A DNA stretch of 64,000 nucleotides from Candidatus Fraserbacteria bacterium (lineage in GTDB: Bacteria > Bipolaricaulota > Bipolaricaulia > RBG-16-55-9 > JAJCYT01). The notes below the pieces were generated by a model that was not told the DNA's origin, did no database searches, and was given only the letters and a program-made list of their open reading frames with translations. The DNA lies in the NCBI GenBank assembly GCA_029262795.1, contig JAJCYT010000026.1, positions 50,273 to 114,272 of the forward strand, in the 5' to 3' direction. The position numbers and the translations under genes are program-made. Shown piece by piece: positions 8,342 through 19,192 of this stretch; position 1 is the stretch's first letter; every line of letters starts with the position of its first letter.

Positions 8342-10303
8342 CTAATCGGCCAGCCCTAGTTTGCCAAGCAGCTCTTTGAAGCCTGGCTCTTCGCGCAAGG
8401 GGTCAAAAGAGGTATGAACTTTTGCATAACTTATTAAGCGGTCACGCTGCTCGTAACCTTTCCACAAGTATTTCATTGCTGCTTCAATTTTACCCAAAGC
8501 GATGTAAACAAAAGCAATGGCCACAGGTGAAACCAAACTATCGAGCTGCCTATCTAACATATTTGTCAATATGTCATAAGCCCGTAGCTGCTCCCCCTGA
8601 ACTGCATGGATAGAAGCACACAGTGAATCCGACATATCTGTTGTACCTTGGGTGCGAGTGAATTTGCCCAGCAAGCTCAATGCTTCATCAAACTGTGCGG
8701 TTTGGTAAAGCACTTGCACAAGGTAATATTTTACCAGACCGGAGTCAGGATAGTTCTTAAAGAGATGCCTCATATACCGCTCACTTTCTTCAAAACTTCC
8801 CCGAAATAAAAAATCCAGACCGATATTGGCTTGGATGATGATCGAGAGTGGGTCCAACTCCAATGCTCGATTGAGTTCCTTCGTCGCTTTATCATGTTGC
8901 TTCAATTGACTCAGATTATTTCCATACCAGTGGTGGGCAGTGGCATAATTGGGATTGAGTTCAATCGCTTTTAGAAAAGAAGCTTCAGAGCCCTCCCAAT
9001 CAAAGTCCTTGCTTTTAATTTGACCAAGCGATGCATAGGCTTCTCCTAAGTTTGGATCAAGTTCTAAAGCTTTTTCAATGGCCTGACTCGCATGTTCAAC
9101 AATCTTTTCGGTTCCCATATTCATCGAAAAGTTGTCGAGTATGAGATAAGCATCAGCAAGGCCAACATAAGCCAACGCATAGTTTAGGTCGACTTGAATT
9201 GCTGATTCAAAACATTTGATAGATTGTAAAACGGATTCATTACTTCGCTGATTCCAGAGATGTAAGCCTTGAAGATAGTGATGATATGCTTCAGTGCTTT
9301 CAGTTTGATTGGTAGTCAGTTGCGCTCGTTCTTCCGAGGTCATGTTGGCCTGGAGGGCTTCCACAATTTTCTCTGCCACTTCAGTTTGCACCTCAAAAAT
9401 GTTATCAAGGTTTCGATCATAGCTGTCGGCCCACAAATGTTCGTCTGTAACTGCATTGATCAACTGCGCCGTGATGCGAACCTGATTGCCTGCGCGTCTA
9501 ACCGAGCCTTCGACGACAGTGGCAACGCCAAGTTCTCTGCCAATTTCTCTCAGATTTCTTTTCACACCTTTGTATTGCATGACTGAGGTTCGGCTGATGA
9601 CTTTAAGTTCACGCACTTTGCAGAGTTTGGTCAGAATATCTTCGGTCAAGCCATCGCTGAAATACTCGTTGTCTGGATCTGTGCTGAGATTGTCGAATGG
9701 TAACACAGCAACAGATTTATCGGAAATATCAACAGCTTCAGAATTTTCCGCATTCTCTATTGATTGCGATGGATGGTTCTGCCAGTGAGGGACCACTTTG
9801 AATACTTCAATCGGGTTGTCAATATTTTTCAATTCGGGCGTACCGATGCTTTCAAACTCGGTATTTAGTTTGGCCTGCACATTGTCATACACATTGCGCG
9901 TGATGCAGATGCCAGCAGGATCAGCGAGAGGTTCAATACGGGAAGCAATGTTAACGCCGTCGCCAAAAATATCGTCGTTTTCGGAATGAACATCGCCCAC
10001 ATGAATCCCGATGCGTAAATTGATGGTGTGATCCTGTGGCTGACCTTTGTTAAATCCATGCAACATGCTCTGGATAGAAATAGCACAATCCACTGCGCTT
10101 AAAGCGCTGCCAAATTCCACCAAAAAACCATCACCCATCGTTTTAACCAGCGTCCCCTGATGCTGCTCTAAAAACGGGATGAGCAATTGCCGTTTGGTTG
10201 AGATCAACTTGAGGGCGAGTGATTCGTCTTTCTGCGTCAACGCACTAAAGCCAACCAAATCAGTGAACATAATGGCAGCAAGGCGGCGATGGTTTTGAGT
10301 CAT
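8342..10303 (-). CDS. Class III adenylate/guanylate cyclase with a COG5616 (TolB-N-like) middle domain and C-terminal TPR repeats
   Basis: The N-terminal cyclase signature is FTDLVGFSALT...TMGDGFLVEF...LRIGIHVGDV. The central VAVLPFDNLS...YFSDGLTEDI segment is present. The C-terminal half is a TPR-like helical-repeat region. Confidence 0.75.
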   Translation of the reverse strand: MTQNHRRLAAIMFTDLVGFSALTQKDESLALKLISTKRQLLIPFLEQHQGTLVKTMGDGFLVEFGSALSAVDCAISIQSMLHGFNKGQPQDHTINLRIGIHVGDVHSENDDIFGDGVNIASRIEPLADPAGICITRNVYDNVQAKLNTEFESIGTPELKNIDNPIEVFKVVPHWQNHPSQSIENAENSEAVDISDKSVAVLPFDNLSTDPDNEYFSDGLTEDILTKLCKVRELKVISRTSVMQYKGVKRNLREIGRELGVATVVEGSVRRAGNQVRITAQLINAVTDEHLWADSYDRNLDNIFEVQTEVAEKIVEALQANMTSEERAQLTTNQTESTEAYHHYLQGLHLWNQRSNESVLQSIKCFESAIQVDLNYALAYVGLADAYLILDNFSMNMGTEKIVEHASQAIEKALELDPNLGEAYASLGQIKSKDFDWEGSEASFLKAIELNPNYATAHHWYGNNLSQLKQHDKATKELNRALELDPLSIIIQANIGLDFLFRGSFEESERYMRHLFKNYPDSGLVKYYLVQVLYQTAQFDEALSLLGKFTRTQGTTDMSDSLCASIHAVQGEQLRAYDILTNMLDRQLDSLVSPVAIAFVYIALGKIEAAMKYLWKGYEQRDRLISYAKVHTSFDPLREEPGFKELLGKLGLAD

Positions 10304-10396
10304 GGGCGCATTGTAATGAAAAAACGGTATGTTTGTGAATCAAAACCAACATCACTGAAAAAATCATCACCAGGCAAAAATCATCTAAATTAGCCA

Positions 10397-10464
10397 AATG
10401 TAGCCCCCTTCAGATTTTGGAAGGGTCCCCCTTCTAGACAAAGGGATCTGGGGGATTCAAGCCT
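10397..10464. repeat. REP/MITE-like repeat copy (reverse orientation, with a nested extra hairpin)
   Basis: GTAGCCCCCTTCAGATTTTGGAAGGG...AAAGGGATCTGGGGGATTCAAGCC. Confidence 0.6.
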
Positions 10465-10499
10465 TTAAATTTTCAATAATTTTGGTTTATGATTGTTGA

Positions 10500-10548
10500 A
10501 ATAAAAAGAAGCAGGGCAAGCGGACTCGCCCTGCTTCGTGTCTTTTTC
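10500..10548. terminator. Bidirectional rho-independent terminator
   Basis: GAAGCAGGGC-N10-GCCCTGCTTC is a perfect 10-bp stem flanked by an A-run and a T-run. It lies downstream of the minus-strand gene ending at 10568. Confidence 0.7.
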
Positions 10549-10567
10549 GGTTGTGGCTACTTTTAAA

Positions 10568-11512
10568 TTAGAGGGTGCCTAAGCCGGAATTTGGAGCCAG
10601 GTCCACCAGATCATCACCACTGAAATCGGTGTATTGTGAAAAACACAGCCACTGAACATCGCCAGGAGAGCCAAGCAACTCCAGGTTGAGGCGCATGGTC
10701 AGAAAGTTGCCATCGACTTCACTGTTGATGCCCAAGATGGTGTCGTTGGGGCTGGCAGTATTAACCAGCGTGGCAAATGGATTGCCTGGAATCCAGTTGC
10801 TGAGTGCAAAGAATTCAAACCCACTAGGGTTGAATGGCGCAGCAAAGCTGGCATCTCCATCGGTATCCAGATAGCAGCCAATCTGACGTGGTTCATCCAA
10901 CACGATTTCTGGCAAAATGCCCAGCATGTTGAAAGTAAACACCAGGTCGGTTTCAGAACGCGTGGCGCGAAGGTCTACAATATCAATGCCATTGACGTCC
11001 TCCGACACTGCGTCGCCTGAGGCTCGATCAAACAAATCGTTGACACTGTCCTGAACATCGAAAGTGCTTTCAAAATCGACCACGGTCAGGTCAAAGCGAA
11101 CAGATTTGTTGGCCGTTCGTGGAGCGTCACATTCACTGGCCAGACCACTGGCCACAAAGGTCATTGGATATACGCCTGCTTCCGAAGCTTCGAGCACTTT
11201 GATCTGGAAATTAAAATCCAGTTTCTGCCCCTGATTGATGACCCAGGAGTTGCCTCCTTGACGGTCAAACACCAAATTTGCATTCAACACATTGGCCGAA
11301 ATACGCCAACTGCCCATTACAGCTTCAGCGCTAAAACCAATGTCAATCGTTTCACCTGGCAACAGCACGGCATCGACAGGGTCCAGATCTAGTCCGCCAC
11401 GTGCCAATACCAAGCCGCATCTGGCACCGGTTTGTGCCACAGAATCAGAAACCAGCCCGATCAGGGCCAGGGATAAAATCATCATGCCAAAAATAGTTTG
11501 CCATCTTTTCAT
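10568..11512 (-). CDS. Secreted hypothetical protein
   Basis: The start is placed at MKRWQTIFGMMILSLALIGL, a signal peptide. I recognise no domain. Confidence 0.55.
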   Translation of the reverse strand: MKRWQTIFGMMILSLALIGLVSDSVAQTGARCGLVLARGGLDLDPVDAVLLPGETIDIGFSAEAVMGSWRISANVLNANLVFDRQGGNSWVINQGQKLDFNFQIKVLEASEAGVYPMTFVASGLASECDAPRTANKSVRFDLTVVDFESTFDVQDSVNDLFDRASGDAVSEDVNGIDIVDLRATRSETDLVFTFNMLGILPEIVLDEPRQIGCYLDTDGDASFAAPFNPSGFEFFALSNWIPGNPFATLVNTASPNDTILGINSEVDGNFLTMRLNLELLGSPGDVQWLCFSQYTDFSGDDLVDLAPNSGLGTL

Positions 11513-11934
11513 GTCAGTCCTCCTTGTATCTTTCACCTTACTTTGATTGGATGCTATTCCCTTCATTAAAACCCAAGGAACGTACAAAATGGATGCACTG
11601 GAGGTGAAAAACACATGCAAGTTACCTTCAGATTACCTGAAGTCAAAAACCAACTTGATTGATGTTTGGAAAAATAAAATGCAGGTTCTGTCTTTGCGCT
11701 TGCGGTTTTTGGTCGCTTCCACTTCCATTTTGAATGTCAAAACCAAACGCATATAAATATTTTGCACTACAAAACATTAGAAAAACTCTGTAGTATTTAT
11801 CACACTCGCTGCACCTATGGCAGATGCACAAAAAATTCCGAGATCTGCCTAAAACTTGGTCATATTTTTATGATTTTTGCTACGCTTATCATAAGTGTGA
11901 GAAAATGATTCATTAGACAAAGGAGAGGCTGAGT

Positions 11935-13011
11935 ATGCTGTCGATTAAACTGCGGATAGGGTTATTGCTGATTGTAATTTTTTCAAGCCTGGTAGGGGTA
12001 GGGCAAGCCATTGAACCCAATATACTGACAGAGCCCTTTTATAAACCCACTGCTAAAACGGCCTTTTTACAAACAGATTCGTCCGATAGTCAAATGCTTG
12101 TGGACCGCCTGAGCTTTGATCAATTTAAAGCATCTATCCAAATGCTGGCCAGTTTTGGCGATCGAACGCAAGGATCATCAAGCAACACCACCGCGTTGGC
12201 ATGGTTGCAACAGGAACTGGAATCTTTGGGTTATGACGTCGAGTTTCACAATTACACATTTCGTGGCAACCAACGGCAAAACCTTTATGTCACCAAAGTA
12301 GGCAGCACCAATGCAGACCAGATGTATCTGGTCTCCGCCCACATGGATGGTCGTGGCGGTGGCGGCGCTGCCGATGACGATGGCTCCGGCACAGCGCTGG
12401 TGCTGGAAGTGGCTCGTGCTTTGGCGGCACCTGATGTGCAAACAGGTGTGTCCATTCGTATGGTTTTTTGGAACAACGAAGAAACCGGACTCAACGGCAG
12501 TGGTGCTTATGCCCGCGATCGATTTGGGTTACAAGGTGTTGAAAACCCTGTAGGATCAGGCCAATTTCCTGAACCTGTGTGGTTGGGCATCATTCAGCAC
12601 GACATGATTTTATATGATCATGGCATCCCCCCACAAGCGGAACAAATACCAACGGCTGATATTGATGTGGAATATCAAGCCAATTCACAACGCGCGTTTG
12701 ATTCCCTTCAATTGGCCAGAGCTTTGGAGCAGGGCAACCGCAACTTTTCAACGGACTACCCTGTCGAAATCAGCGACAATATGAATTTCACCGATTCTGT
12801 GCGTTTTCAGGATGTGATCGCTGCCGTCAGTGTGCGTGAAAATCGCCGCGTGGCCGAAATCGGCAATGGCTCCAACCCCCACTACCATCAGCCAACCGAT
12901 GTGTTTGCATCGTATTCAGATGCAGACTTCCGCCTCGGCTTCAACGCCCTGCAAATGACCCTGGGCACTGTGGCCGAGCTGTCCGGCGCTCAAATGGTAT
13001 CGAGGGATTGA
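11935..13011 (+). CDS. M28-family zinc aminopeptidase, secreted
   Basis: There is a signal peptide. The motifs are SAHMDGRGGGGAADDDGSGTA and FWNNEETGLNGS (the M28 metal-binding HxD...D...EE motifs). Confidence 0.75.
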   Translation: MLSIKLRIGLLLIVIFSSLVGVGQAIEPNILTEPFYKPTAKTAFLQTDSSDSQMLVDRLSFDQFKASIQMLASFGDRTQGSSSNTTALAWLQQELESLGYDVEFHNYTFRGNQRQNLYVTKVGSTNADQMYLVSAHMDGRGGGGAADDDGSGTALVLEVARALAAPDVQTGVSIRMVFWNNEETGLNGSGAYARDRFGLQGVENPVGSGQFPEPVWLGIIQHDMILYDHGIPPQAEQIPTADIDVEYQANSQRAFDSLQLARALEQGNRNFSTDYPVEISDNMNFTDSVRFQDVIAAVSVRENRRVAEIGNGSNPHYHQPTDVFASYSDADFRLGFNALQMTLGTVAELSGAQMVSRD

Positions 13012-13073
13012 AAAGTTGTTAACGTTTGCAAAAACTTTTTTAAATTTTTTAATCACTTTTACACCAAAAAACA

Positions 13074-13102
13074 TTGACTTTATACATTGTTGTCGTTATA
13101 AT
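13074..13102 (+). promoter_or_regulatory. Consensus sigma70 promoter (TTGACT, 17 bp, TATAAT)
   Basis: Both hexamers are perfect or near-perfect with the ideal spacer. It lies about 160 bp upstream of the ORF at 13265. Confidence 0.55.
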
Positions 13103-13264
13103 CTCAGTTGAAATTCTATCTCGGATCCACAGCAAAGTTATTGCAAGATAGCTTTGCACAACCACAGGTTTTTTCATTTGCAAAAAGTGCTTCTGTTTGA
13201 GAAAAGATGGCTGGAATACTGGGTCTGAGAAATACTTCTTTGATGCGTTTGGTAAGGTGACTTT

Positions 13265-13816
13265 GTGCTGCGATCCAGGCTGTTGATGCTCACCATCTTG
13301 ACACTGTTCATCCTGCCTTCCTTCTGGGCAAGCGATGTGTCACTGGCTGACACATCTGCCGATGCAGTGGTTCACTTAACCGTGAAAGACCTTTATTCTT
13401 TGGATGTCGAAAGCCAGTTGGATGATCCCATCATTCATTATTTGGACAAATGCAAAAGCGGCTCTCACCATGATCAAGCCACCCAACAGTCATGCTATCA
13501 TCGAATGGGCTCCATTGATGTCTCCGTGATGGCCATCAATAATTACCGGCTCAAAGCATGTTATGAGGCCTATAGCAGCGTGGGCAACACACGCTTTTCT
13601 GGCGACCCGCTCATGGTCACGTACAAAGGCCACAAAATCTCTTTGCCCAGTTGCGGTCGCGGACAATTCAAAAGGCTGAACAAGATTTTCAGCGAGCAAG
13701 GCACCCTGAAAGAGGAGCATCGGTCCATGGGTCTTGTCGTTGACCTTTCCGAGTTGGGCCGCCGCACTTATAAAGAAGCATTGACCTTCTCTGTGCGCTT
13801 CATGATTGGCAGTTAA
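13265..13816 (+). CDS. Secreted hypothetical protein
   Basis: It has an N-terminal signal peptide (MLTILTLFILPSFWAS). A GTG or ATG start is possible at 13265 or 13286. Confidence 0.5.
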   Translation: MLRSRLLMLTILTLFILPSFWASDVSLADTSADAVVHLTVKDLYSLDVESQLDDPIIHYLDKCKSGSHHDQATQQSCYHRMGSIDVSVMAINNYRLKACYEAYSSVGNTRFSGDPLMVTYKGHKISLPSCGRGQFKRLNKIFSEQGTLKEEHRSMGLVVDLSELGRRTYKEALTFSVRFMIGS

Positions 13817-13848
13817 ACAACCTTTCAATAATTTTCCACAAACTCCCT

Positions 13849-16089
13849 TTACGTCTGTGCTTCAACCACTGCAATGGTGGCAAGGTTGACGATATCCTTC
13901 ACGTCATCGCCACGTTGTAACACGTGGACCGGCTTTTGCAGGCCCACCAGAATGGGACCCACCACTTCAGCATCGCCCAGACGTTGTAGCAGTTTATAAG
14001 CAATGTTGCCCGCTTCCAGACTGGGAAAAATGAGAATATTGGCTGCTTCCTTGAGATCACTCATAGGATAGGTTTCTTCCAAGATTTCGGTAACCGTGGC
14101 TGAATCGGCCTGCATTTCACCATCCACATTGAGATCGGGGGCCTGTTTTTTGAGAATACCCACCGCTTTTCTGACTTTGTCCGAGCGGGGATGGCTCACG
14201 CTGCCAAAGTTAGAAAAACTGAGCATGGCAATGCGCGGATTCACATCAAAGCGCTTGGCCAAATTTGCAGTAAGTATAGCAATTTCTGCCAGTTGTTCTG
14301 CGCTAGGGTCGATGTTGACCGTGGCATCGGCAAAAAATAAAAATCCCTTTTTCAGCGTGACCAGATACACACCAGCCGCAATTTGGTTGCCTTCTGCTGT
14401 GCCAATTACCTGCAACGCAGGTCGTAACACATCGGGATAATGAAAAGATAAACCGGAAATCATGGCATCTGCACCGTTTTGTTCCAGCATCACCGAGGCA
14501 AAATAATCGGGATTTAAAATTAACTCGTGGGCTTCACTGGCGGTTACACCTTTTCGCTGCCTTAACTCATACAGACGTTTGGCATAGTTTTCCCGTTTGG
14601 AATCTTTGTGCGGATCAACAATCTCTATGCCATCCAGAGATAACCTCAACTCCTTGGCTTGTGTTTCGATGCGCTCTTGTTCTCCCAACAAGATGGGTGA
14701 AGCAATACCATCTTCCAGGAGTTGACAAGCGGCACGGATCATTTTTTCGTTTTCGCCTTCGGACAAAATCAGACGTTTAGGGGCCCTTCGAGCTTTGGCC
14801 GCAACAATCTGCATCAACTGACGCGAGCGCCCCAATCGCACTTCCAGCGAGCGACGGTAATCGTCTACATTCACATGCTGCGTGGCAATACCTGAGATCA
14901 TTGCCGCCTGAGCCACTGCGGGTGCCACCCATAACAACACACGAGGGTCTAATGGTTTGGGAATTAAATAATCAGAACCAAAACTGATCGATTCTAAACC
15001 ATAGGCTTTTTCCACCACATCCGGCACCGGCTGATGGGTGAGATCGGCCAACGCCTGTGCAGCGGCAATCTTCATGGCTTCATTGATTTCAGTAGCACGA
15101 ACATCGAGCGCGCCTCTAAAAATAAAGGGAAACCCAAGCACGTTGTTGACCTGATTGGGAAAATCCGAACGTCCCGTCGCCACCAACGCATCGGGGCGTG
15201 TATGTTTCGCCAAGTTATAGTCAATCTCAGGATCAGGGTTGGCCAAAGCAAACACCAGTGGGTCTTTGGTCATTGTGTTGAGCATTTCGGGCGTCACAAT
15301 ACCCGCTTTGGAAAGGCCCACAAACACATCAGCATCCACCATCGCTTCTTCCAACGTTCGGGCTGAAGTGGTAGAAGCAAAGGCAGCGCGATGCGGCTCC
15401 ATATCCTCATCCCGCCCTTCAAAAATGACACCTTTGCTGTCCAGCATGACGATATTCTTTCGCTTGATGCCCAACTCTACGTAAAAATTAGCTGTGGCAA
15501 TCGCTGCCGCACCTGCACCACTGAACACCACCTTGAGATCTTCAGGCTTTTTCCCATTGAGCTTGAGCGCATTCAAAAGCGCCGCACCTGAAATGATTGC
15601 AGTTCCATGCTGGTCATCATGCAACACCGGTATATTCATTTCTTTACGCAACATTTCTTCAATTTGGAAGCATTCCGGCGCACCGATATCTTCGAGATTA
15701 ATGCCGCCAAAGGTCGGCTCCATCAGCTTGACTGCATTGATAAATGTTTCTGGATCGGTGGTATCCAATTCGATATCAAACACGTCAATGTCTGCAAATC
15801 GTTTGAATAACACGGCCTTGCCTTCCATCACCGGTTTGCCCGCCAGTGCGCCAATATTGCCTAATCCCAACACCGCCGTGCCGTTGGTGATCACCGCCAC
15901 CAGGTTGCCGCGATTGGTGTATAAAAAAGCTTTTTCTGGATCATCGGCAATTTCGTTACACGGCACCGCCACCCCGGGCGAATACGCCAGCGACAGATCG
16001 CGCTGCGTCAGCGTCGGCTTGGTGGGATTGATCTCGGTTTTACCCGGAGGATTCATGTGATATTCTAGGGCATCTTGTTCCAGACTCAT
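13849..16089 (-). CDS. maeB: NADP-dependent malic enzyme (malic enzyme domain fused to a phosphotransacetylase-like domain)
   Basis: The N-terminus is [41 protein letters not shown]. Total length is about 746 aa. AAAGGA lies 12 nt upstream of the start. Confidence 0.85.
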   Translation of the reverse strand: MSLEQDALEYHMNPPGKTEINPTKPTLTQRDLSLAYSPGVAVPCNEIADDPEKAFLYTNRGNLVAVITNGTAVLGLGNIGALAGKPVMEGKAVLFKRFADIDVFDIELDTTDPETFINAVKLMEPTFGGINLEDIGAPECFQIEEMLRKEMNIPVLHDDQHGTAIISGAALLNALKLNGKKPEDLKVVFSGAGAAAIATANFYVELGIKRKNIVMLDSKGVIFEGRDEDMEPHRAAFASTTSARTLEEAMVDADVFVGLSKAGIVTPEMLNTMTKDPLVFALANPDPEIDYNLAKHTRPDALVATGRSDFPNQVNNVLGFPFIFRGALDVRATEINEAMKIAAAQALADLTHQPVPDVVEKAYGLESISFGSDYLIPKPLDPRVLLWVAPAVAQAAMISGIATQHVNVDDYRRSLEVRLGRSRQLMQIVAAKARRAPKRLILSEGENEKMIRAACQLLEDGIASPILLGEQERIETQAKELRLSLDGIEIVDPHKDSKRENYAKRLYELRQRKGVTASEAHELILNPDYFASVMLEQNGADAMISGLSFHYPDVLRPALQVIGTAEGNQIAAGVYLVTLKKGFLFFADATVNIDPSAEQLAEIAILTANLAKRFDVNPRIAMLSFSNFGSVSHPRSDKVRKAVGILKKQAPDLNVDGEMQADSATVTEILEETYPMSDLKEAANILIFPSLEAGNIAYKLLQRLGDAEVVGPILVGLQKPVHVLQRGDDVKDIVNLATIAVVEAQT

Positions 16090-16219
16090 TGAACACATCC
16101 TTTAAGGTTGGGCTGGGTGGGTTGAGTTGCAATTTTAGTGGTTTATGGTTGAAAATGTAGCCGAGACAGGGGCCATCTCGCAACCTATCATGCGGATGAA
16201 GCCAAGGGAGTTTAAACAT

Positions 16220-16870
16220 ATGAAGCGTACTTTTTTTGGGTTGTTGTCCATTGCCATCATTCTTCTCTGTTCTATTCAAGCTCAAGCGCAATTGCATGTT
16301 GGCGCCGGCGCCAAGTTTCAAAATGAAGTTCCTTATTTCACCGTGCTGTTGGCTGTCAACAACAATATTGCTGAGTTGGCATGGGGCACTCAGAGCCTGC
16401 GTGTAAATGAACCAGGATTGCAGCTGAATACCACCACCGATATTTTTTCGCCTCTGGTCAAGATCTTTTTGGCCCTGGACAGCCCCATCACCCCGTTTCT
16501 GGGGCTGGGCGGCATTAGCCTTTCCACAGAAGTGGAAGGCCATTTTAAAGGAAAATCTGTTCATGTCATGCTCAAAAAGGAAGGCGCACAGGCTGCATTG
16601 GGCCTTTCCTATCATGCAGAAGATTACCCTGTTATCTTTTCTGCTGGCGTGAATTATTCGACCATCGAAGCCGAAATACCTCTAGACTTTATCATCCAAG
16701 ACAATGTGGAAACCTTAATGCTTCCCTTCCCAGGGGTCAGTGGATGGGGTTGGAGCATCGATGCCCGTTTTACTTTTGAACTTGAACCCGCCATTGACAA
16801 ATTGTTCGAATGGATTCGAGGCGGCATCCGTTCAAACCAATCCTCTGACGAACCAGAAAGTGACGCCTAA
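16220..16870 (+). CDS. Putative outer-membrane beta-barrel protein
   Basis: The signal peptide is MKRTFFGLLSIAIILLCSIQAQA. The sequence has alternating amphipathic strands. An AGGGAG RBS is present. Confidence 0.5.
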   Translation: MKRTFFGLLSIAIILLCSIQAQAQLHVGAGAKFQNEVPYFTVLLAVNNNIAELAWGTQSLRVNEPGLQLNTTTDIFSPLVKIFLALDSPITPFLGLGGISLSTEVEGHFKGKSVHVMLKKEGAQAALGLSYHAEDYPVIFSAGVNYSTIEAEIPLDFIIQDNVETLMLPFPGVSGWGWSIDARFTFELEPAIDKLFEWIRGGIRSNQSSDEPESDA

Positions 16871-16998
16871 CCTCCAATTTTTATGAAGCTTTTACAGTGT
16901 CTTCTTCGTCATTGAAAAAATTGTTAATGATTCTAAGTTAACGATTTTGGACAGACATTGACCTCACGCTTTCCCGCGTTTTCTGAAGCAAATGTGGC

Positions 16999-17892
16999 TT
17001 ACACCAAATGTTTTCTAAACCATCCCAGTGTCCGCTCCCAGGCATCCTTTGATGCTTCTTCATGATAACTGGGTCGCGTGTCGTTGAAAAAAGCATGGTT
17101 GGCGCCATCATAAATTTTGATGTCATTTTCAACGCCTGCACCGGTCAATGCAGTTTGCATCGCTTCCACATTCGCAACTGGAATCCCACCGTCGAGGCTT
17201 CCATAACTGCCCATCACCGCTGCCTGAATTGTTCCCGCTTCTTCAGCCGTTAGAGGACGACCGTAAAAGGCCACGCTCGCACTGACATCCGCCTCATCCA
17301 CCGCCGTTTGCAAAGACAACCATCCACCCATGCAAAAACCCACCGTGCCTACTTTGTTTGGAGACACATAGGACTGTGCTTGCAAGTAATCAATCGCATT
17401 TTGAATCTCCTGAACCGCCGCATCCCGATCCAGAGATATTGCCAGTGAACGGGCTGCATCCGGCTCACTGACCACTTGACCGTGATACAAATCTGGCGCC
17501 AAAGCCACAAAGCCTTCGTTGGCAAAACGCCGAACGATGTCTTTGATGTGGTCGTTCAGCCCCCACCACTCCTGAATCACAATTACTGCTGGATGCGGTT
17601 GATCATCATCTGGTCGGGCCAGGTACCCCATCAGGCCATCTTCTCCGCCTGGATAATCGACCATAGACGAGACAATGCCAGCAGCCACCAGCGGTTCACT
17701 GGGCACCTGTTCGTCGCGCTCCCCTTGCACCACTTCAGGGTTGTCTCCATCATTGTGCTGGCAAGCCGTTAACAACATCTGCGCTGCCGCCACACTGCCC
17801 ACCGTTTTGGTCACTCGAGAAAGAAACTGACGGCGGTCAATCAGCCCGACTTTAAAAGAACGTACCAATTCTTGAATATAAATGCGGTCCAT
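16999..17892 (-). CDS. Dienelactone hydrolase family protein with a Tat signal
   Basis: The twin-arginine motif is RRQFLSRV. DLH-like motifs are GFCMGG and DLYHGQ. Confidence 0.7.
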   Translation of the reverse strand: MDRIYIQELVRSFKVGLIDRRQFLSRVTKTVGSVAAAQMLLTACQHNDGDNPEVVQGERDEQVPSEPLVAAGIVSSMVDYPGGEDGLMGYLARPDDDQPHPAVIVIQEWWGLNDHIKDIVRRFANEGFVALAPDLYHGQVVSEPDAARSLAISLDRDAAVQEIQNAIDYLQAQSYVSPNKVGTVGFCMGGWLSLQTAVDEADVSASVAFYGRPLTAEEAGTIQAAVMGSYGSLDGGIPVANVEAMQTALTGAGVENDIKIYDGANHAFFNDTRPSYHEEASKDAWERTLGWFRKHLV

Positions 17893-17911
17893 AAAACTCC
17901 TTAATAAAAAA

Positions 17912-17950
17912 TTGTAAAAGACTTCAAATCCCCAACCCCTTTAATCTTAA
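17912..17950. repeat. REP/MITE-like repeat copy (forward)
   Basis: CTTCAAATCCCCAACCCCTTTAATCTTAAAGGGGCTAAG. Confidence 0.6.
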
Positions 17951-18091
17951 AGGGGCTAAGCTTAGATTTCGATGGTTGATTCTGTATGACGAATCATTTT
18001 CTATTCGATTATAAAAAAATTTCTGTTCTCAGTGGAGATCGTACCCGCAATTGTTAGAATGGGGCAACTTCCTGTTAACCGGAGGCTGAGG

Positions 18092-18922
18092 ATGAATCTT
18101 GAATTAAAACCTGCACTGGACTTTCCCATAGATCGGCTGGCACAGATTATGAACGCCGGATTTGAGGATTATCTGGTGCCCGTTCAATTGACCACCGACC
18201 GCATGTCGCGCCTGGTTGCCCAGGATGGAGTGGACCTGCAACTCAGCCAAATCGCCATGCAGCAAGATGAGCCTGTTGGCCTGGGCCTGATTGCCCAACG
18301 TGGCTGGACCAGTCGGCTGGCTGCCATGGGCATCGCCAAAGAAGCACGAGGCATGGGCATTGGCAAGCAGCTAATGGAATATTTCATTGACGCTGCCAAG
18401 AAACGCGACAATCACACGATGGTGCTGGAAGTGATTGAACAAAATGAACCTGCCGTTAAGCTCTACCAAAAAATGGGATTTGAAACCAAAAGTCGCCTGG
18501 TCGGCTTCAGTGGCGTCGAACTCCAAGGCGTTGCCAACACTGCTTTAAGGCAAATTGACGTGCCTGAAATGACCCGTTATCTCTACCGTTACGGCCCATC
18601 GAATTTGCCTTGGCAAGTGGCCCCAGAAGCATTTTCCAACGCAGGTGGCGTCTATCAAGCCTTTCAATTAGATCAGGCTGTAGGGTTATTTGTATTGTTC
18701 CCTGAAGCCGAGTTTGCCATCATCCAATCCATCGTGGTGCCGCCCGAACATCAACGCCAAGGTCAAGCGTCAAACTTAATTCAAGCTCTTATAGCCGCCT
18801 TCCCAGGCCGAACCTGGCGTGCGCCCATCGTTTTTCCCGAAACCCTTGCTCCAGGACTGTTTGAAAAAAATGGGTTCGAAAAAGAATCTCTGTCTCAGTT
18901 TCAAATGGAATTAAAGCTTTAA
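18092..18922 (+). CDS. GNAT-family N-acetyltransferase (tandem GNAT domains)
   Basis: There is a GGAGG RBS. The acetyl-CoA motif is RGMGIGKQLMEYFIDAA...VLEVIEQNEPAVKLYQKMGF. Confidence 0.7.
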   Translation: MNLELKPALDFPIDRLAQIMNAGFEDYLVPVQLTTDRMSRLVAQDGVDLQLSQIAMQQDEPVGLGLIAQRGWTSRLAAMGIAKEARGMGIGKQLMEYFIDAAKKRDNHTMVLEVIEQNEPAVKLYQKMGFETKSRLVGFSGVELQGVANTALRQIDVPEMTRYLYRYGPSNLPWQVAPEAFSNAGGVYQAFQLDQAVGLFVLFPEAEFAIIQSIVVPPEHQRQGQASNLIQALIAAFPGRTWRAPIVFPETLAPGLFEKNGFEKESLSQFQMELKL

Positions 18923-18971
18923 TTTTAAAAGAGGTGCTTAAAGAGCAAAGGCATTAAATCATGGTTAAAGC

Positions 18972-19060
18972 GTCTAATCCCCCAACCCCCTTTACATAAA
19001 GGGGGCACGATAAGTCTGTGAGTGCTTATTCTTAATTACGAAACGTGATTTTTAATGAAC
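18972..19060. repeat. REP/MITE-like repeat, full-length forward copy
   Basis: TAATCCCCCAACCCCCTTTACATAAAGGGGGCACGATAAGTCTGTGAGTGCTTATTC... Confidence 0.75.
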
Positions 19061-19192
19061 GTGAAAAGGTTATTTTCTGACCTATGTTTTTGACACTTTT
19101 TCTTTTCAACTTTCCTTCTAAAATTATTAATTAAACCAGAACAACCACCCATGTAAAAACCCCATATCAAATTGATTTCACATTCGAAAGCC

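Noticed and set aside
15494-16060. 188-aa plus-strand ORF
   Set aside because: It is antisense to maeB.
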